Virus record (IMG/VR): IMGVR_UViG_3300044513_000135 | Location: 1-27,746 of that record | Origin: a virus | Taxonomy: Duplodnaviria; Caudoviricetes | DNA length: 27,746 bases | Reading direction: 5' to 3' (one strand) | Part shown: positions 26,572 to 27,746 of the stretch, piece after piece | How the letters are laid out: each line of letters opens with the position of its first letter | How positions within the stretch are numbered: the first letter of the stretch is position 1 | The notes under the pieces: generated by a model | Databases searched by the model: none | The model's input: the letters and a program-made list of their open reading frames with translations, nothing else | What the model was told of the DNA's origin: nothing | Position numbers and translations under genes: made by a program

Positions 26572-26738
26572 AACCAAGTGCAAACATTAGAGATAGAGCT
26601 ACAGGAAAGATAACTACTGAGCATTACTATCTAAAGTGTATGACTCTAAAAGAACTGAATGATTACATTGAATCACCTAGTTCTAAGAAAAAGATTATAC
26701 AAAAATGTAAAAATGAAATAATAAGGAGAGAGAAATGA
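26556..26738 (+). CDS. Hypothetical protein
   Basis: GAGGA SD before ATG 26556. Confidence 0.6.
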   Translation: MPIKLKPSANIRDRATGKITTEHYYLKCMTLKELNDYIESPSSKKKIIQKCKNEIIRREK

Positions 26739-26962
26739 AGAAAGTAGATATGGTAAATTCACCACCACATTATAGAAAAGGGTCTATTGAATGTATTGAT
26801 GCAATTAAAGCTGCATTAACTCAAGAAGAATATAAAGGATATTTAAAAGGAGCAGCACTGAAATACATTTGGAGAGAATCTTACAAAGATAGCAATATAC
26901 AAGACTTAAAGAAGTCTGTTTGGTATATTAATAAGTTAATAGAACATTACGAGAACTTATGA
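26735..26962 (+). CDS. DUF3310 family protein (T7 gp1.7-like)
   Basis: DMVNSPPHY...IECIDAI...KYIWR...DLKKSVWY. Confidence 0.88.
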   Translation: MKKVDMVNSPPHYRKGSIECIDAIKAALTQEEYKGYLKGAALKYIWRESYKDSNIQDLKKSVWYINKLIEHYENL

Positions 26963-27117
26963 AGATAGATAAACAAAAATTAGAACAGAAGATTAAGGAA
27001 GGTAAATCATCCCATGATATTGCTATGACTTATGACGTGCATCCATCTACTATCAGAAGGAAAGCTAAAGAGTTAGGTCTAAAGTTTCAAACACAATCGC
27101 ATTGGAGAAAGGGATGA
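26959..27117 (+). CDS. Small helix-turn-helix protein (52 aa)
   Basis: Not in the ORF track. GKSSHDIAMTYDVHPSTIRRKAKELGL HTH pattern; ATGA overlaps at both ends. Confidence 0.75.
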   Translation: MKIDKQKLEQKIKEGKSSHDIAMTYDVHPSTIRRKAKELGLKFQTQSHWRKG

Positions 27118-27731
27118 AAGTTTCTGTAAAAGATAATATTAAAGATGTGACCAAGTGGACAACTAACGTACAAAAGAAACAAGTTCCATTTGCAACTGCT
27201 ATGGCTATCAATAAGACATTGGGTATTGGTAAAGGTAATCGTATGAGAGGATTGGATAGAGAGATGCAGAAACAAATGATACAAAAACTAGATAGACCAA
27301 TGGCAAGAACTACTAAGGCTTTTTATAGAATAGCTGCAAGGAAAACTAATCTTACTGGTACTCTAGGTTTTACTGAATGGGCAAACAAGTTTATGCAGTA
27401 TTTAGTACATGGTGGTGTAAGGTCAGGTGAATCATCTAAGGTTGGTGTACCTTATGTTCCTAATGCTAAGTTGAATAAATTTGGTAATATCGCTGGAAGA
27501 AAGAGTGGTCTGATTAAAAAGCAATCACAATTCATTGGCAATATAAAAAGTATTGATGGTGTTTGGGAAAGACAAAAAGATAGGTCAGTAAAGCTAATGG
27601 TGGCATTTAAAAACAGTGTAACTTATAACGCTATGTTTCCCTTCTACAAGATAGCTGAGAAATATAGCAAGGCTAGGTTTGATAAGAACTTTGCAGAAGA
27701 ATTTACTAAAGCACTAAGGAGTGCCAAATGA
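27114..27731 (+). CDS. Minor tail / neck completion protein (gpZ-like)
   Basis: KQVPFATAMAINKT, DRP...T, LNKFGNI, Y...FPFY motifs; basic protein. Confidence 0.6.
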   Translation: MKVSVKDNIKDVTKWTTNVQKKQVPFATAMAINKTLGIGKGNRMRGLDREMQKQMIQKLDRPMARTTKAFYRIAARKTNLTGTLGFTEWANKFMQYLVHGGVRSGESSKVGVPYVPNAKLNKFGNIAGRKSGLIKKQSQFIGNIKSIDGVWERQKDRSVKLMVAFKNSVTYNAMFPFYKIAEKYSKARFDKNFAEEFTKALRSAK

Positions 27732-27746
27732 TAGGTTCTTCTACAG

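Noticed and set aside
316-27284. All minus-strand ORFs in the track (e.g. 316-510, 742-960, 5147-5476, 11522-11794, 13232-13573, 16596-16856, 21614-21856)
   Set aside because: They lie antisense to well-supported + strand genes, show no motifs and look like shadows of codon bias.
1-27746. Stop-codon recoding, tRNA genes, lysogeny module
   Set aside because: The standard code gives near-complete coding density, and no cloverleaf, integrase or CI-like gene was seen.

Overview
An AT-rich, gene-dense segment of a lambda/HK97-like siphovirus genome; its low GC and gene set resemble marine uncultured phages, but the host cannot be determined. All credible genes are on the + strand and many are coupled by TAATG/ATGA overlaps. 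Order: a prohead protease-major capsid fusion (truncated at the left edge), two paralogous head-closure genes, tail terminator, tail tube, G/GT chaperones made by a -1 frameshift, tape measure, tail tip proteins, central fibre and a long S74-chaperoned tail fibre. Next come the lysis cassette, a free-standing PD-(D/E)xK nuclease and a string of small early genes. The replication block has a RecE-like exonuclease, an unusual C5 methyltransferase, a resolvase, an SSB-like protein and a primase-helicase followed by an ori-like iteron/palindrome array; the window ends with a displaced gpZ-like gene. No integrase, DNA polymerase, tRNA, CRISPR array or reverse transcriptase was seen. Most notable: (1) a C5 MTase whose variable region holds five tandem TRD-like repeats plus an inserted HTH domain; (2) apparent total absence of GATC and of Pro-Gly and Gly-Pro dipeptides (CCNGG/GGNCC), by manual scan only; (3) DNA-identical 20-bp repeats at tail-fibre module boundaries that look like recombination crossover points; (4) 18-bp repeats at gene junctions in the early region. 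Family assignments come from motif recognition, not database searches.
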